A DNA stretch of 64,000 nucleotides from Luteolibacter sp. Lineage in GTDB: Bacteria > Verrucomicrobiota > Verrucomicrobiia > Verrucomicrobiales > Akkermansiaceae. This document shows positions 39,723 to 51,913 of the stretch, in pieces. Under the pieces are notes generated by a model that searched no databases, was not told the DNA's origin, and worked only from the letters and a program-made list of their open reading frames with translations. The stretch spans positions 2,795-66,794 of the forward strand of contig CAXNHR010000001.1 of NCBI GenBank assembly GCA_964202135.1, read 5' to 3'. Every line of letters begins with the position of its first letter. Positions within the stretch are counted from its first letter, which is position 1. The translations under genes and the position numbers were made by a program.

Positions 39723-40367
39723 CGAGGCGAAAGCCTCGAGATCATGTCCATGCTCACGGGCGGATTTGACGAGCAGTTCGCTGTGATTGATCCAGCGCTC
39801 GAGGGAACCTCGCAGCAGCGCGACACGCTTGCGGAAGAAGTTGTAGGGAAGCAGGCAGATGATGGCGATGCCGATGCCTGCGGCGGTGGCGATGAGTGCC
39901 TCGGCGATGCCGCCGGATACCTTGGTGGCGGCGAGTTGTTCGTCGCCGACAAACGAGAAGGATCCCATGATCCCGACCACCGTGCCGAAGAGCCCCAGCA
40001 GCGGTGCAAGGGTGATGAGCGTGCTGATCACCCACATGCGGGCCTCGGACTTTTCGATCAGATGGGTGGCATCGAGCTGCATGGCGGCGAGCATCGAGGT
40101 GCGGGCGTGGGTGATGCCCTCGGCGAGGTTTTTCAAGTAGGGATCGGCGGTGTTTTGCGTGAGCTGCCAGGCTTTGGCGAAATCCCCGGTGCCGAGTGCC
40201 TCGCGGGCTTGTGCCTGGAGCGTCGGCCGGACCCGGGATTTGAGATGGAGCCACCAGACCACGCGGTCCAGGATCACGCAGAGGGCGAGGAAGAAAGTGG
40301 CGACGATGGGCCACATGACCCAGCCGCCCTCGATGAAGGTTTCGACGACGATGTTGGAGAGAGGCAT
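39678..40367 (-). CDS. exbB: MotA/TolQ/ExbB proton channel
   Basis: GGWVMWPI, APLLGLFGTVVGIM, GIAEALIATAAG. Confidence 0.92.
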   Translation of the reverse strand: MPLSNIVVETFIEGGWVMWPIVATFFLALCVILDRVVWWLHLKSRVRPTLQAQAREALGTGDFAKAWQLTQNTADPYLKNLAEGITHARTSMLAAMQLDATHLIEKSEARMWVISTLITLAPLLGLFGTVVGIMGSFSFVGDEQLAATKVSGGIAEALIATAAGIGIAIICLLPYNFFRKRVALLRGSLERWINHSELLVKSAREHGHDLEAFASKTQDRSASRPKTQD

Positions 40368-40411
40368 GGAGGAGAAATTGGAGAACCGAATTCAAAAAAC
40401 CGGGTGGGCGC

Positions 40412-41170
40412 TCAGCGGAGCTGGAAAACGATCGGGCGCTGGAGTTTCATGATGCCGCCGGGCGGAAACTTCCAGCGTAGCACGGTGCGCACCGCCTCGT
40501 TGTTGAGCAAGGGCCATGGCGACTCGGATTTCGCATAGGCGGAAATCACGCGGCCGCTGGTATCCACGATGAACTCAACGAGCACCGTGCCGGTCTGCCC
40601 CTTGCGACGGCACTCGGAGGGATAGCTCGGCGCGGGCATGCGGCCGGCCGCGAGACGGGAGGATTCGAAGGCACCGGTGCCGGAAGATGCCCCATTGCCA
40701 ATCTGTCCGGAGCCAGCGCGGGTTTTCACCGGATTGGAGCCCGTGCGAGTCGCCACCTGGCGGGCCGGGGCTGCGCTTTGACTGCGGGCTTCGACGGGCT
40801 TGGTGCTGCTGCTGGCCACCGGCAGGGCGGGGATTTCCGGCAGCGGAGCCAGGTCGGCCAAGGGTGCGAGTTCCGGCGGTGCGGGCAGGGTTTCCACCGG
40901 ACTCGGATCGCGGGTTTCCGCAGTCGCGCTTTGGGAAATCTCACCAGCGCCAGCGGCTGGGCCCATCTCGCCAATGGTGAAATCCTGGTCAAACAAGGTG
41001 CTTTCCTCGATCACCGCCAGATCCGGAGCGGCATGCTGCCACTGCGGCGTGATCACGACCACAGTGCCCAAGCCGGCGACACTCAGCCAGGTGGCGAGCG
41101 TGCCGATGTTGAGGGTGTGGAGAACCGATTGCATGGCCGGCGCGGGGGCTAGGAAAGCAGCAGGAGTCAT
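40412..41170 (-). CDS. tonB: Energy transducer TonB
   Basis: TM, Pro-rich linker, PSYPSECRRKGQTGTVLVEFIVD, WKF. Confidence 0.85.
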   Translation of the reverse strand: MTPAAFLAPAPAMQSVLHTLNIGTLATWLSVAGLGTVVVITPQWQHAAPDLAVIEESTLFDQDFTIGEMGPAAGAGEISQSATAETRDPSPVETLPAPPELAPLADLAPLPEIPALPVASSSTKPVEARSQSAAPARQVATRTGSNPVKTRAGSGQIGNGASSGTGAFESSRLAAGRMPAPSYPSECRRKGQTGTVLVEFIVDTSGRVISAYAKSESPWPLLNNEAVRTVLRWKFPPGGIMKLQRPIVFQLR

Positions 41171-41203
41171 GGTTGGAAAGGCCGCAGATGGCGGGTTTGC
41201 GGT

Positions 41204-43300
41204 TCAGAATTCAAGCGACGCGCCCACGTAGAAATTGCGGCCGTTGGCGGTATCGATCCCGTCGGCACGAACGCGTGCGAAATAGCTCTCGTCAAAAAGA
41301 TTGTTGATGCCGGCCAGCAGGCGCAGGTTTTCGTGCAGTTTCCACTCGCCGGTGAGATCCCAAACCATGTAGGCGGGCACCGCAAAATTGTCGGAATTGT
41401 TGTCATCGGCGTAGTGGTCGTTAAGAAATGTCGCACCCAGGCTGAGCTTGAGTTTCTCCTCGTGGCGGTAGGTGAAACCGGTCCGCAGGATGTAGTCGGG
41501 CGCGTATTGAGGCGTATTGCCATCGGCCGGACCGCTGGTGAACTCGGCATCGAGCAGGGTGGCGTTCACATACCAGTCGAGCGCGCCATATTGTTCCGTG
41601 CCGGCCATCAGGTGCAAAATCTCGGCGCTTGCGGATGCATCGATGCCCTTGTGAATGGAGTCGCCGACGTTTTGGAAACTGGTGACTCCTCCGGAGGTGA
41701 TGGAGCCGATCTGATCCTTGAAGCTGAGCCAGAAGGCGCTGACGTCAAACACCAGCCAATCCTGCGGACGCGAGCGGTATCCGAGTTCGAATTCAAGCGC
41801 CCGGCCTTCATCGAGATCATCATTCACGACCTGGCCGTTGCTGAGCGGCACGGCCTCGGTGAAGATGCGCGGGCGGTAGGCTTGGGAAAGGTTGGTATAA
41901 ACCGCGGAGCGCTCGTCGGTGGCATACTCGGCACCGAGACCAAAGAGCGGGATGTGATCGGTGTAGGATTTGTCCTCGGTGAATCCCTTGTCGAGATTGA
42001 CCTTTTCATTGACCTCCTGGCGGATGTTTTCCAGACGGAATCCAGGCGTGATGGAGAAATCGCCGAAGCTGAATTTGTTTTCCACGAAGACAGGCAGGTA
42101 AAAAACCTCGCGGTCCGATTGCCGGCGCACCTGGCCGGATGAGGCCGATGGCGTGGCACCGCGCGAATCGGTGCGCGGCGAATCGACATGATAGACCTGC
42201 ACGCCGGTGGTGAGGGTGTGTTGCGCATCGCTGCCCCAGTTCAGGCGATACCGCGAATCGAGACCGAGGGTTTCGAAATTTTGATCCTCGATGTTGTTGG
42301 CCTTTCCAGTGGCGAGCGTGCCGAAGCCACCCCCGGTCTGGCGCTTGCTGTAGCGCGTGTAATCCGTCCACCAGGCGGTGGCGGTGAAGAACGAGTCGGG
42401 CGTCGGCTCAAGCTCGTAGGTCAGTGAGACCGAATCGCGGTCGAGCGAGAATCGGTCGTTGAGCCGGGTGGCCTTGAGACTGCCGCTGTTGAAATCCGCG
42501 ACGCTGAGACCGCCGGGTTCGCCGTGATCCTCGCGGTAGGTGTCCGCATTGAAGATCAGCGTGCCGCCGTTTTCGAGCGAGTAGCGCAGCTTGATGGCGG
42601 CGTTGTCCAAATCGTAGTCGCTGTTTGCGGAGCGGAAGCCGTCGCTCTGACGATGGTTGTAGTAGAGATAATAGCCGAGTTTTCCGACCGTGCCATCCGC
42701 CGAACTGAAGGTGGAGTAGAGGTCGTCACTGCCCGCGATGTGCTGCGTGCGCAATGAGAACTCCTTGTCGGTGCGCGGGCGGTGGGTGATGTAGTTGAGC
42801 GATCCGCCGGGCTGCGGGCCGTTTTGCAGAGCGGCGCCACCGTGCAGGAATTCGATGCGGTCCACCGTGTCGAGCGGCGGCGTGTAATAGGCCTCCGGGT
42901 AGCCCATTTGATCGGCGTGGATCGGGATGCCATCGCGAAGCACCTGGGTGAACTGCGCACGGTGCGGGTTGAGACCGCGGTAGCCGATGCTCACCAGCGG
43001 CGAGGATTCCTCCGCCAGCAGCAGGCTGGGAGTTTGCGAGAGCGCCTGGCGGTAATTGTTGCCGACATTGCGCGGCTGCGCATCCATGTCGATCACCGCC
43101 GTTTTCTTGCCCGCGAAAATCGCCGCCCCGGCCACATCCGGCAGCCAACCCTGCTGATTCGTTTCGTCCGCTTCCGATTCGGCAGTCACCACCATCGTCT
43201 CGAGCGTTCTCAAGGCGTCCTGCGCCGTCGCTCCCGCAACCAACACTGTGCCGGAAACCCCGGAAATGATCACTTGCTTGGCAAAAATCGTGAATTTCAT
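41204..43300 (-). CDS. TonB-dependent outer-membrane receptor (FecA-like)
   Basis: TonB box ETMVVTA, plug RDGIP...GPQPGG.LNY, NNLFDE.YF, C-terminal F. Confidence 0.92.
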   Translation of the reverse strand: MKFTIFAKQVIISGVSGTVLVAGATAQDALRTLETMVVTAESEADETNQQGWLPDVAGAAIFAGKKTAVIDMDAQPRNVGNNYRQALSQTPSLLLAEESSPLVSIGYRGLNPHRAQFTQVLRDGIPIHADQMGYPEAYYTPPLDTVDRIEFLHGGAALQNGPQPGGSLNYITHRPRTDKEFSLRTQHIAGSDDLYSTFSSADGTVGKLGYYLYYNHRQSDGFRSANSDYDLDNAAIKLRYSLENGGTLIFNADTYREDHGEPGGLSVADFNSGSLKATRLNDRFSLDRDSVSLTYELEPTPDSFFTATAWWTDYTRYSKRQTGGGFGTLATGKANNIEDQNFETLGLDSRYRLNWGSDAQHTLTTGVQVYHVDSPRTDSRGATPSASSGQVRRQSDREVFYLPVFVENKFSFGDFSITPGFRLENIRQEVNEKVNLDKGFTEDKSYTDHIPLFGLGAEYATDERSAVYTNLSQAYRPRIFTEAVPLSNGQVVNDDLDEGRALEFELGYRSRPQDWLVFDVSAFWLSFKDQIGSITSGGVTSFQNVGDSIHKGIDASASAEILHLMAGTEQYGALDWYVNATLLDAEFTSGPADGNTPQYAPDYILRTGFTYRHEEKLKLSLGATFLNDHYADDNNSDNFAVPAYMVWDLTGEWKLHENLRLLAGINNLFDESYFARVRADGIDTANGRNFYVGASLEF

Positions 43301-43311
43301 GATTAGATCTT

Positions 43312-43329
43312 AATGAGACTCAGTCGCAA
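43312..43329. promoter_or_regulatory. Palindromic operator, putative iron/Fur-type box
   Basis: tgagact-c-agtcgca (7-1-7) 12 bp upstream of the receptor start. Confidence 0.6.
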
Positions 43330-43530
43330 CAAGGTGATCTCACCAACATCTCCCTACCCGGTCAATGCGAAAATTTGGAAAATTTGGATCATCGTGGACT
43401 AATTCCCGAGAAGGCGGATTTCAGCGACTGTGAGACAGCAGCCGATTCTAGCAGATGGGTAGAAATTTCACGGCAATGATGCTCGAAATTCCGTTCGTCC
43501 GGACACGGGACCCCTGCTAGGAAAAGCGCC

Positions 43531-43755
43531 ATGGATTTTCCGTGGATATGGCTTTGCCTGTTTCTGGTTCCCCTGCTCTGGGCGATATTCACCTTCAATC
43601 TTGCGATCCCGCTCAGGGATGACTGGTTCGAGGTGCGTGAAGGCACACCGGCAGGGTCGGTCGAACCATTGAAGGATTTTCTCGAACAGCTCGTCGTCGT
43701 GCTTCACATCACCGAAACACTTGATCTCAACACCCGGATCTGGACAAAGGCATGA
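43531..43755 (+). pseudogene. Chimeric remnant: LemA-like N-terminus joined to a DUF3137-like C-terminus
   Basis: TM + IFTFN start; ends ITETLDLNTRIWTKA. Confidence 0.45.
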
Positions 43756-43840
43756 GGATCTTGATGGAGGGCGTTGATGGGAAATTGTGGACAGCCGCGA
43801 TGGACGTTTCCTCCGGGATAGGCAACAAAGCGGTCCGCAC

Positions 43841-45739
<1,899 letters not shown>

Positions 45740-45756
45740 GACCATGATCCTTCGAG

Positions 45757-47904
45757 ATGAAGATCGCCATCGTTCACTATCACCTCGGACCGGGCGGCGT
45801 CACCCAAGTGATCGCCGCCACCTCGCACGAGATGACGCGGCGCGGAATCCCCCACGTCATTCTCGCCGGGGCTTGCGCGGAGGACCCACCGCCGGGATTG
45901 CCGCTGCGCATTGTGAATGGACTCGGCTACGCCCAGCCGGCGGAAATCCTCCATGATTTGTTAGATAATCTCCGTTCCGCCGCCCGCGCGGCGCTCGGAG
46001 CGCTGCCGGACGTCTGGCATTTTCACAATCACTCGCTCGGCAAAAGTCCGGCGTTCACGCGACTCGTCGAGCATCTTGCCTCTGCCGGTGAGCGGCTGCT
46101 GTTGCACATCCACGACCTCGCCGAGGACGGACGCCCGGAAAACGCCGCCAATCTCCAGGCGTGTCCCCTGCCCTATCCGCTGGCACCGCATGTGCATTAT
46201 GCGTTTCTCAACTCGCGCGACCGTTCGCGTTTCATCGCCGCCGGACTGCCTTCCGCGCAAGCCCGCCTGTTGGCGAATCCCATCGATGCTCAATCGGCCG
46301 CCGCATCACCCCTGGGTTCACCATTGGTGCTTTATCCAGTGCGCGGCATCCGTCGCAAAAACCTCGGTGAAATCCTCTTGCTCGCCGCGCTGGCACCTGC
46401 CGGAACCCGCTTCGCCATCACCCGCGCCCCGCGCAATCGGCAGGCGCTGCGGCTCCACGACGGCTGGCGGCGCTTTGCCGCGGAAATGAAGCTGCCGGTC
46501 TCCTTCGATGTGGTGAATCGCGAATCACCGGTGAAAGGCGCGGGCAACAGTTTTCAGCACTGGCTGGATCATGCCACCCACCTCACCAGCACCTCGGTTT
46601 CCGAAGGATTCGGGATGGTGTTTCTCGAATCCATCGCATGGGGCAAACCTCTGCTCGGCCGCGCGCTGCCACACTTGGAAAACGATCACGCCGGACACGG
46701 CATCCGCAGCGGACCGATGTATCAAAATATCCTGGTGCCGAAGCAATGGCTCGATCATGACGCCCTCGATGCCTGCCTTATGCAAACCATGCGCCAGACA
46801 TGGGGCGCATGGTTTCGGGAGCTACCGGAATCTTCTATAACAAGACCGCAAGACATGCCGGATCACGCCGACTTCGGAAACCTCCCCGAGTTCCTACAAC
46901 AGCGCGTCATCCGCCACGTCATGCAACCGGGAAAATCCGGCCTGCCACAAGTGGAAACCGCAGACGGCTTGCAAACTGCGTGCAAATGGCTTGCACAAGC
47001 ACTTGCCACACGCGCACCGGCCGCCACCAAGGAACAACTCACGCCATGGTCGCCACAGGCGCACTGGCTGCAGCTGGAATCAATCTATCAGAATCTATCG
47101 GAAACCACGCCGCAAGCGCCCGCCGCACTGGATGCCGGGCGCATCCTCGATGCCTGCCTCACCACGGAAAATTTCCATTTCCTCACCGCACCCCTGCCCG
47201 CCCGGCCCGCGGCGGATTTGAAATCATTCCGCGCGTTGATCTTCGATGTCTATGGCACCTTGCTGGGCGCCCCAGCAGGTGGCGTGAAACCCGATCCCAC
47301 TGCGGATCCACTGTTGCGGGAAATCATCGCGCGCTTCGGCCACAAGCCACCGGACTCACCCAGCGCCGCACTTCATGCCGCGGTCGTCCGGCATCATCTG
47401 AGTGCCAACACCTCTTTTCCGGAAGTTGATCTGCGTATCCTTTGGCGCGAAGTGCTGGGACTACCACCGGATGAAGCGATCTCCGGTCTCGTCATCAAAA
47501 CCGAAGCCGCATGGCATCCGGCGCGGCTGATGCCCGGCGTCGCGGAGACGCTGGAAAAACTATCCGCCACCGGCATTCCGCTCGGACTGCTCTCCAACGC
47601 CCAATGCAACACCCTGCCCACGCTTGGCGCCCTAACAAAACTCCTCGCGCCCGATCTGACCATTCTCTCCTTTGAGCACGGCGTCGCCAAGCCCTCGCCC
47701 GCCTTGTTCGAGTTGCTCGCCGAGCGCCTCGCCAAGCGCGGCATCACGAAAGCCGAGACCCTTTACATTGGCAACGATCCGCTTCACGACATCGAGCCCG
47801 CCGCCGCACTCGGCTTCAAGACCGCACTCTTCACCGGCCACCCGGATTCCTCGCGCGCCGGCGCGTGTTTCCCGGATTTCGAAATCCGTCTCTGGCCGGC
47901 CTGA
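45757..47904 (+). CDS. Fusion of a GT4-like glycosyltransferase and a HAD-family hydrolase
   Basis: HYHL.PGGVT.VI, RGIRRKN, EGFG..FLE; then IFDVYGTL, SNAQ, KPS, GND..HD. Confidence 0.75.
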   Translation: MKIAIVHYHLGPGGVTQVIAATSHEMTRRGIPHVILAGACAEDPPPGLPLRIVNGLGYAQPAEILHDLLDNLRSAARAALGALPDVWHFHNHSLGKSPAFTRLVEHLASAGERLLLHIHDLAEDGRPENAANLQACPLPYPLAPHVHYAFLNSRDRSRFIAAGLPSAQARLLANPIDAQSAAASPLGSPLVLYPVRGIRRKNLGEILLLAALAPAGTRFAITRAPRNRQALRLHDGWRRFAAEMKLPVSFDVVNRESPVKGAGNSFQHWLDHATHLTSTSVSEGFGMVFLESIAWGKPLLGRALPHLENDHAGHGIRSGPMYQNILVPKQWLDHDALDACLMQTMRQTWGAWFRELPESSITRPQDMPDHADFGNLPEFLQQRVIRHVMQPGKSGLPQVETADGLQTACKWLAQALATRAPAATKEQLTPWSPQAHWLQLESIYQNLSETTPQAPAALDAGRILDACLTTENFHFLTAPLPARPAADLKSFRALIFDVYGTLLGAPAGGVKPDPTADPLLREIIARFGHKPPDSPSAALHAAVVRHHLSANTSFPEVDLRILWREVLGLPPDEAISGLVIKTEAAWHPARLMPGVAETLEKLSATGIPLGLLSNAQCNTLPTLGALTKLLAPDLTILSFEHGVAKPSPALFELLAERLAKRGITKAETLYIGNDPLHDIEPAAALGFKTALFTGHPDSSRAGACFPDFEIRLWPA

Positions 47905-47995
47905 TCATCAGAAATGCGCTGCGAATGACGTGTGAGGCGGAGCGAGGGAGGGGCTCATGCCCGATGGTGCGAAAGAATCCATACGCACACAAACC

Positions 47996-49465
47996 ATGAA
48001 GGAAACCCCATCCCGCACGCCACAAGTCAAGTTCCACAGCGGCCAGGAAATCCCGCTCGAACTCCACAAGGTCCGCGTTGTCCAGAAACTCCACCTGCGC
48101 CCGATCGAGCGCCGCAAGCAGGCCATGGAGGAAGCCGGATTCAACACCTTCCTGCTGACAACCAATGACGTCTTTCTCGACATGCTCACCGACAGCGGCA
48201 CCAACGCGATGAGCGACCAGCAGATCGGCTCGATGATGGTGGCTGATGACGCCTACGCCGGATCCGCCAGCTTTGACCGCATGCAGGATGCGGTGCGCGA
48301 GGTCTTCGGCATGCAGCACATCCTGCCCGTCCACCAGGGCCGCGCGGCGGAAAACATCATCTCCAAGACCTTCATCAAACCCGGCGACGTGGTGCCGATG
48401 AACTATCACTTCACCACCACCAAGGCGCACATCGACATCAACGGCGGACAGATCCTCGAAATCTACACCGACGAGGCGCTCAAGCTGAAGAGCGACTTCC
48501 CGTTCAAGGGAAATCTCGACCTCAACAAATTTGCGGCCGTCATCGAAAAATACGGCGCCTCCAAAATCCCATACGTCCGCATGGAGGCATCCACCAACCT
48601 GATCGGCGGTCAGCCGTTCTCGATGCAAAACCTGCGAGAAGTCCATGCGATGGCCAAACAACACGGCATCATGGTGCTGCTCGACGTCAGCCTCGTCGGT
48701 GAGAACGCATGGTTCATCAAACAACGCGAACCCGGCTACGAGACCGCCTCGATCAAGGACATCCTTCTGGAAATGTGTTCGCTCAGCGATCTGATCTATT
48801 TCTCAAGCCGCAAAGTGAGCTGCACGCGCGGCGGTGGCATCGCCACCAACAACCTCGATCTCTTCAATCAAATGAAGGACCTTGTCCCGCTCTACGAAGG
48901 TTTCCTCACCTACGGCGGCATGTCGGTGCGCGAGATCGAAGCCATGGCCGTGGGCCTTCGCGAAACCACCGACGAGGCGATGGTCGGCCAGTCGCCCGCA
49001 TTCATCAAATACCTTGTGGATGACCTCGACGCCGCAGGCGTGCCGGTGGTCACCCCCGCGGGCGGACTCGGCACCCACATCGATGCCGGTGCCTTCCTTC
49101 CGCATGTGCCGCAAACGGAATATCCGGCAGGCGCGCTGGCCGCCGCGTTCTTCATCATCTCCGGCGCGCGCGGCATGGAGCGCGGCACCATTTCCAGTGT
49201 CCGCGACGCCAACGGCAACGACATCCTCGCCGATGTCGAACTGCTCCGCCTCGCCCTGCCGCGCCGCGTCTTCACCCTCTCGCAAGTCATGTATGTGGCC
49301 GACCGCATGAAGTGGCTGCATGAAAACCGGGAACTTGTCGGAGGATTGAAATTCACCGAAGAACCCGCCGTTCTGCGGTTTTTCCTTGGCAGGTTGGAAC
49401 CCGTTTCCGACTGGCCGGAAAAACTCATGGCGAAATTCCGCGAAGACTTTGGCGATAGCCTGTGA
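47996..49465 (+). CDS. tnaA: Tryptophanase / tyrosine phenol-lyase family PLP enzyme
   Basis: DMLTDSGT, DDAYAG, HQGRAAE, FKGN, YEGFLTYGG, RLALPRRV, LRFF. Confidence 0.85.
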   Translation: MKETPSRTPQVKFHSGQEIPLELHKVRVVQKLHLRPIERRKQAMEEAGFNTFLLTTNDVFLDMLTDSGTNAMSDQQIGSMMVADDAYAGSASFDRMQDAVREVFGMQHILPVHQGRAAENIISKTFIKPGDVVPMNYHFTTTKAHIDINGGQILEIYTDEALKLKSDFPFKGNLDLNKFAAVIEKYGASKIPYVRMEASTNLIGGQPFSMQNLREVHAMAKQHGIMVLLDVSLVGENAWFIKQREPGYETASIKDILLEMCSLSDLIYFSSRKVSCTRGGGIATNNLDLFNQMKDLVPLYEGFLTYGGMSVREIEAMAVGLRETTDEAMVGQSPAFIKYLVDDLDAAGVPVVTPAGGLGTHIDAGAFLPHVPQTEYPAGALAAAFFIISGARGMERGTISSVRDANGNDILADVELLRLALPRRVFTLSQVMYVADRMKWLHENRELVGGLKFTEEPAVLRFFLGRLEPVSDWPEKLMAKFREDFGDSL

Positions 49466-49496
49466 TTCCGGGGGGGGATCATAGGATGTGCCGAAA

Positions 49497-49530
49497 GCAC
49501 CACCGGTATTCCGGTGGTGGTTGTTTTTTC
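49497..49530 (+). terminator. Intrinsic terminator after tnaA
   Basis: caccaccgg-tatt-ccggtggtg then ttgttttttc. Confidence 0.8.
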
Positions 49531-49552
49531 AAATGTCGCGGCGGTCATAGTC

Positions 49553-49941
49553 CAAGAGTGTTCGGCATGTTAGCTGCTTGTTCGTTCGGTCAATGAATGT
49601 GACGAAACCGTCACTTGTACTTTTTCCCGCGATGTGGATGCTCGCGGCTGTTGAGCAAGAACACCCAGCCCCGCGAAACCGCTCCACCGCCCTTCAAGGC
49701 GAGTGATCTCGGGCACTTCCGACTCCTGCGGGAGTTCGGGGAGGCCTTGGCCAAGGCGCAGGCCGAGGTCCAAGCGCATCCGGGTTTTCATGATGCCCGC
49801 CGCAAGCTCGAACTCGGCGACTGCCTCGGCCTGATACTCTTCGGTTTGCCAATCCCATTGCCAAACCCTGCGCGGCCTGAGCCATTGCTCGAAATTCCCG
49901 AAGGCGCGCAGGGACAGCAGTTCACATTCCGAACACTCTTG
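49553..49941 (+). mobile_element. 389-bp internally deleted IS4-family-like element (MITE-like) with both TIRs
   Basis: Left caagagtgttcggcatgttagctgct, right agcagttcacattccgaacactcttg; carries transposase N-terminal sequence. Confidence 0.82.
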
Positions 49942-50001
49942 GTCTGCGACCCTCGCTACAATTCCAAATTCCCGACATGAGCACCGACGATCTCGAGTCA
50001 C

Positions 50002-50982
50002 CTAATCCCGGAACCACTGATCCAGATCGACGGGTAGTGGCGGGGGTTCGTTGAAGATGCTCTTTTCCGCGGGGATGTTGAGTTTTCGTTCCAGCGACTC
50101 CAACCCGCCCGCGACTCCGTGCACCGGAAAGCGCTCGCGGGTCCGCCGCCAGTGGCCGGATAAGGCGTCGTAGGCTTTTGACTCATCGCCGAACAATTCG
50201 ATCGCACGCTGCGCGACATCCATCGACGGGTTTTCATGCGCCTCCAACACCAGCAGCAGCACCAGCAGCGTGGGTGTATGGTTCATACCACCCGCTGCAT
50301 AAAGTTCGCGGGCCAGGGCAAGAGCCTCGGTTTCCCGTCCCTCGACACGGGCCAGCGCGTAGAACCACGAGCGGCGCACGTAGCCGAGCGCCCTGCCGGT
50401 TTCGGCTGCCTTGCGGTAGGCCTCGGCAGCGGCGGTGAAAGCCTCATTGGTGTCGCGGAAGGCGGGCAGCTTGTTAGAGTCCGAGAGCAGGAACCCGAGA
50501 TTGGCGAGCAGGCTCCAGTCATCCGGGTTGTTGCGGATGCCGCGTTCGAGAAACGCGCGGCCTTTTAGTATGGACGCACGCCATGCCTCGCGGCGGCGCA
50601 AGGGCGGCAGTTTGGAATCGTTGATATAATAAGAGGCGGCGTTGTAAGCCATGTGCCAGGATCCGGTTTCCCAGTAGTAGCGGGTGCGCGGCGCGAGATC
50701 GACGATCATTTCAAAAGTGCTTTGGACGTCCGCCCATCGCTGCTCGGTGAAAAATGTGAAGGCGCGCAGGTTCAGGAAAGTGGCCACCAATGTGCGCAGG
50801 CCGCCGAGCGCGACGACGGAACTCGTCTGGCCGATCTTCTCGCGCGTGCCGATTTCCAACGGCGGCGGAAACAAGCCGGCCTCGCGCATTTCGCGGTGCA
50901 GGCCCGCTTCATACGGCATCCGCGCCGCGCCGAATCCCAGCAGCGCCACCAATACCAAGGCGTATTTCAAGGATCGTTTCAC
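50002..50982 (-). CDS. Hypothetical helical-repeat protein in an ABC operon
   Basis: N-terminal TM, LGGLRTLVA, WHMAYNA. Confidence 0.7.
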   Translation of the reverse strand: MKRSLKYALVLVALLGFGAARMPYEAGLHREMREAGLFPPPLEIGTREKIGQTSSVVALGGLRTLVATFLNLRAFTFFTEQRWADVQSTFEMIVDLAPRTRYYWETGSWHMAYNAASYYINDSKLPPLRRREAWRASILKGRAFLERGIRNNPDDWSLLANLGFLLSDSNKLPAFRDTNEAFTAAAEAYRKAAETGRALGYVRRSWFYALARVEGRETEALALARELYAAGGMNHTPTLLVLLLVLEAHENPSMDVAQRAIELFGDESKAYDALSGHWRRTRERFPVHGVAGGLESLERKLNIPAEKSIFNEPPPLPVDLDQWFRD

Positions 50983-50986
50983 GGCA

Positions 50987-51913
50987 TCAAAACTCCTTGT
51001 CGGCGAAGATGAACCACGAGACGAACGTGAAGAACAACGCGTAATACAAACCGACCAAGGCGAGCTTCCCCAACGCGATGAGCGGCAGTGCCTGGCCTTC
51101 GATCACCGCGTCGATCACGTTGAAAAGCTGGAAATCAGGCAGCACCAGCGAAAGCAGCAGCGCCGCCAGCCGAGCAAACACCCCTTCCCCGGCCTGGCCG
51201 GCGTGCAGATAGACATCGCGCGCGTCGGCTTGGAAATGGCCGATGAAGTAGATGAGAAAACTGACGATGGTGGTGAACAGCGTGCTGGTAGAAAAGGTGG
51301 AAATGAGCAGCGCGAGCGAGGCCATGATGGCTGCGCGCAGGAACACGGCGAACACCGCGCCCTGCAGCGCGGCGTTCGGTCCGTGGGCCAGCGTGTCGCT
51401 GCGCAGCGAGTCGATCGCATCCTGCGGCCAACCCATCGCAGCGGCCATTTCCGCCTGTTGCGCCACCACCATGCCGGTGCGGATGTGCAGCACCGCGGTC
51501 ATCAGCAAGTCCATGCAGGCCAGCGAAACGAACACCAGCATCAGCACACCCAGCAGTTTTCCTGCCAGATAATCAAAGCGCGGCACCGGCTTGGCCAGGA
51601 TGGTGTAGAGCGTGCGGTCCTCCACATCCTTGGGCAGCAGCAGCGCGGTGGCCACGATCGAAAGCACCACGGAAAACAAGGTCATCGCGCCCAGCGACCA
51701 ACTCTTGATCGAGCGCAGGACATTGGCACCCACCGACTCCGGCCCCTCGTGCTGCGGCAGGTCGAAGAAATTGCTGGCGATGGCGATCACCGCGAAGATG
51801 CCCATGAAATAAAACACCTTCATCCGCACCAACTGCGTGAAGGTGTGGGTGGCGATCACCAGGATGCGGCTGGCGTGCGAGCCTTGCAGGGGCATGTGAT
51901 GGGTCTGGCTCAT
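50987..51913 (-). CDS. ABC-2 type transporter permease
   Basis: DVEDRTLYTILAKPVPR..YLAGK, multiple TM. Confidence 0.88.
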   Translation of the reverse strand: MSQTHHMPLQGSHASRILVIATHTFTQLVRMKVFYFMGIFAVIAIASNFFDLPQHEGPESVGANVLRSIKSWSLGAMTLFSVVLSIVATALLLPKDVEDRTLYTILAKPVPRFDYLAGKLLGVLMLVFVSLACMDLLMTAVLHIRTGMVVAQQAEMAAAMGWPQDAIDSLRSDTLAHGPNAALQGAVFAVFLRAAIMASLALLISTFSTSTLFTTIVSFLIYFIGHFQADARDVYLHAGQAGEGVFARLAALLLSLVLPDFQLFNVIDAVIEGQALPLIALGKLALVGLYYALFFTFVSWFIFADKEF

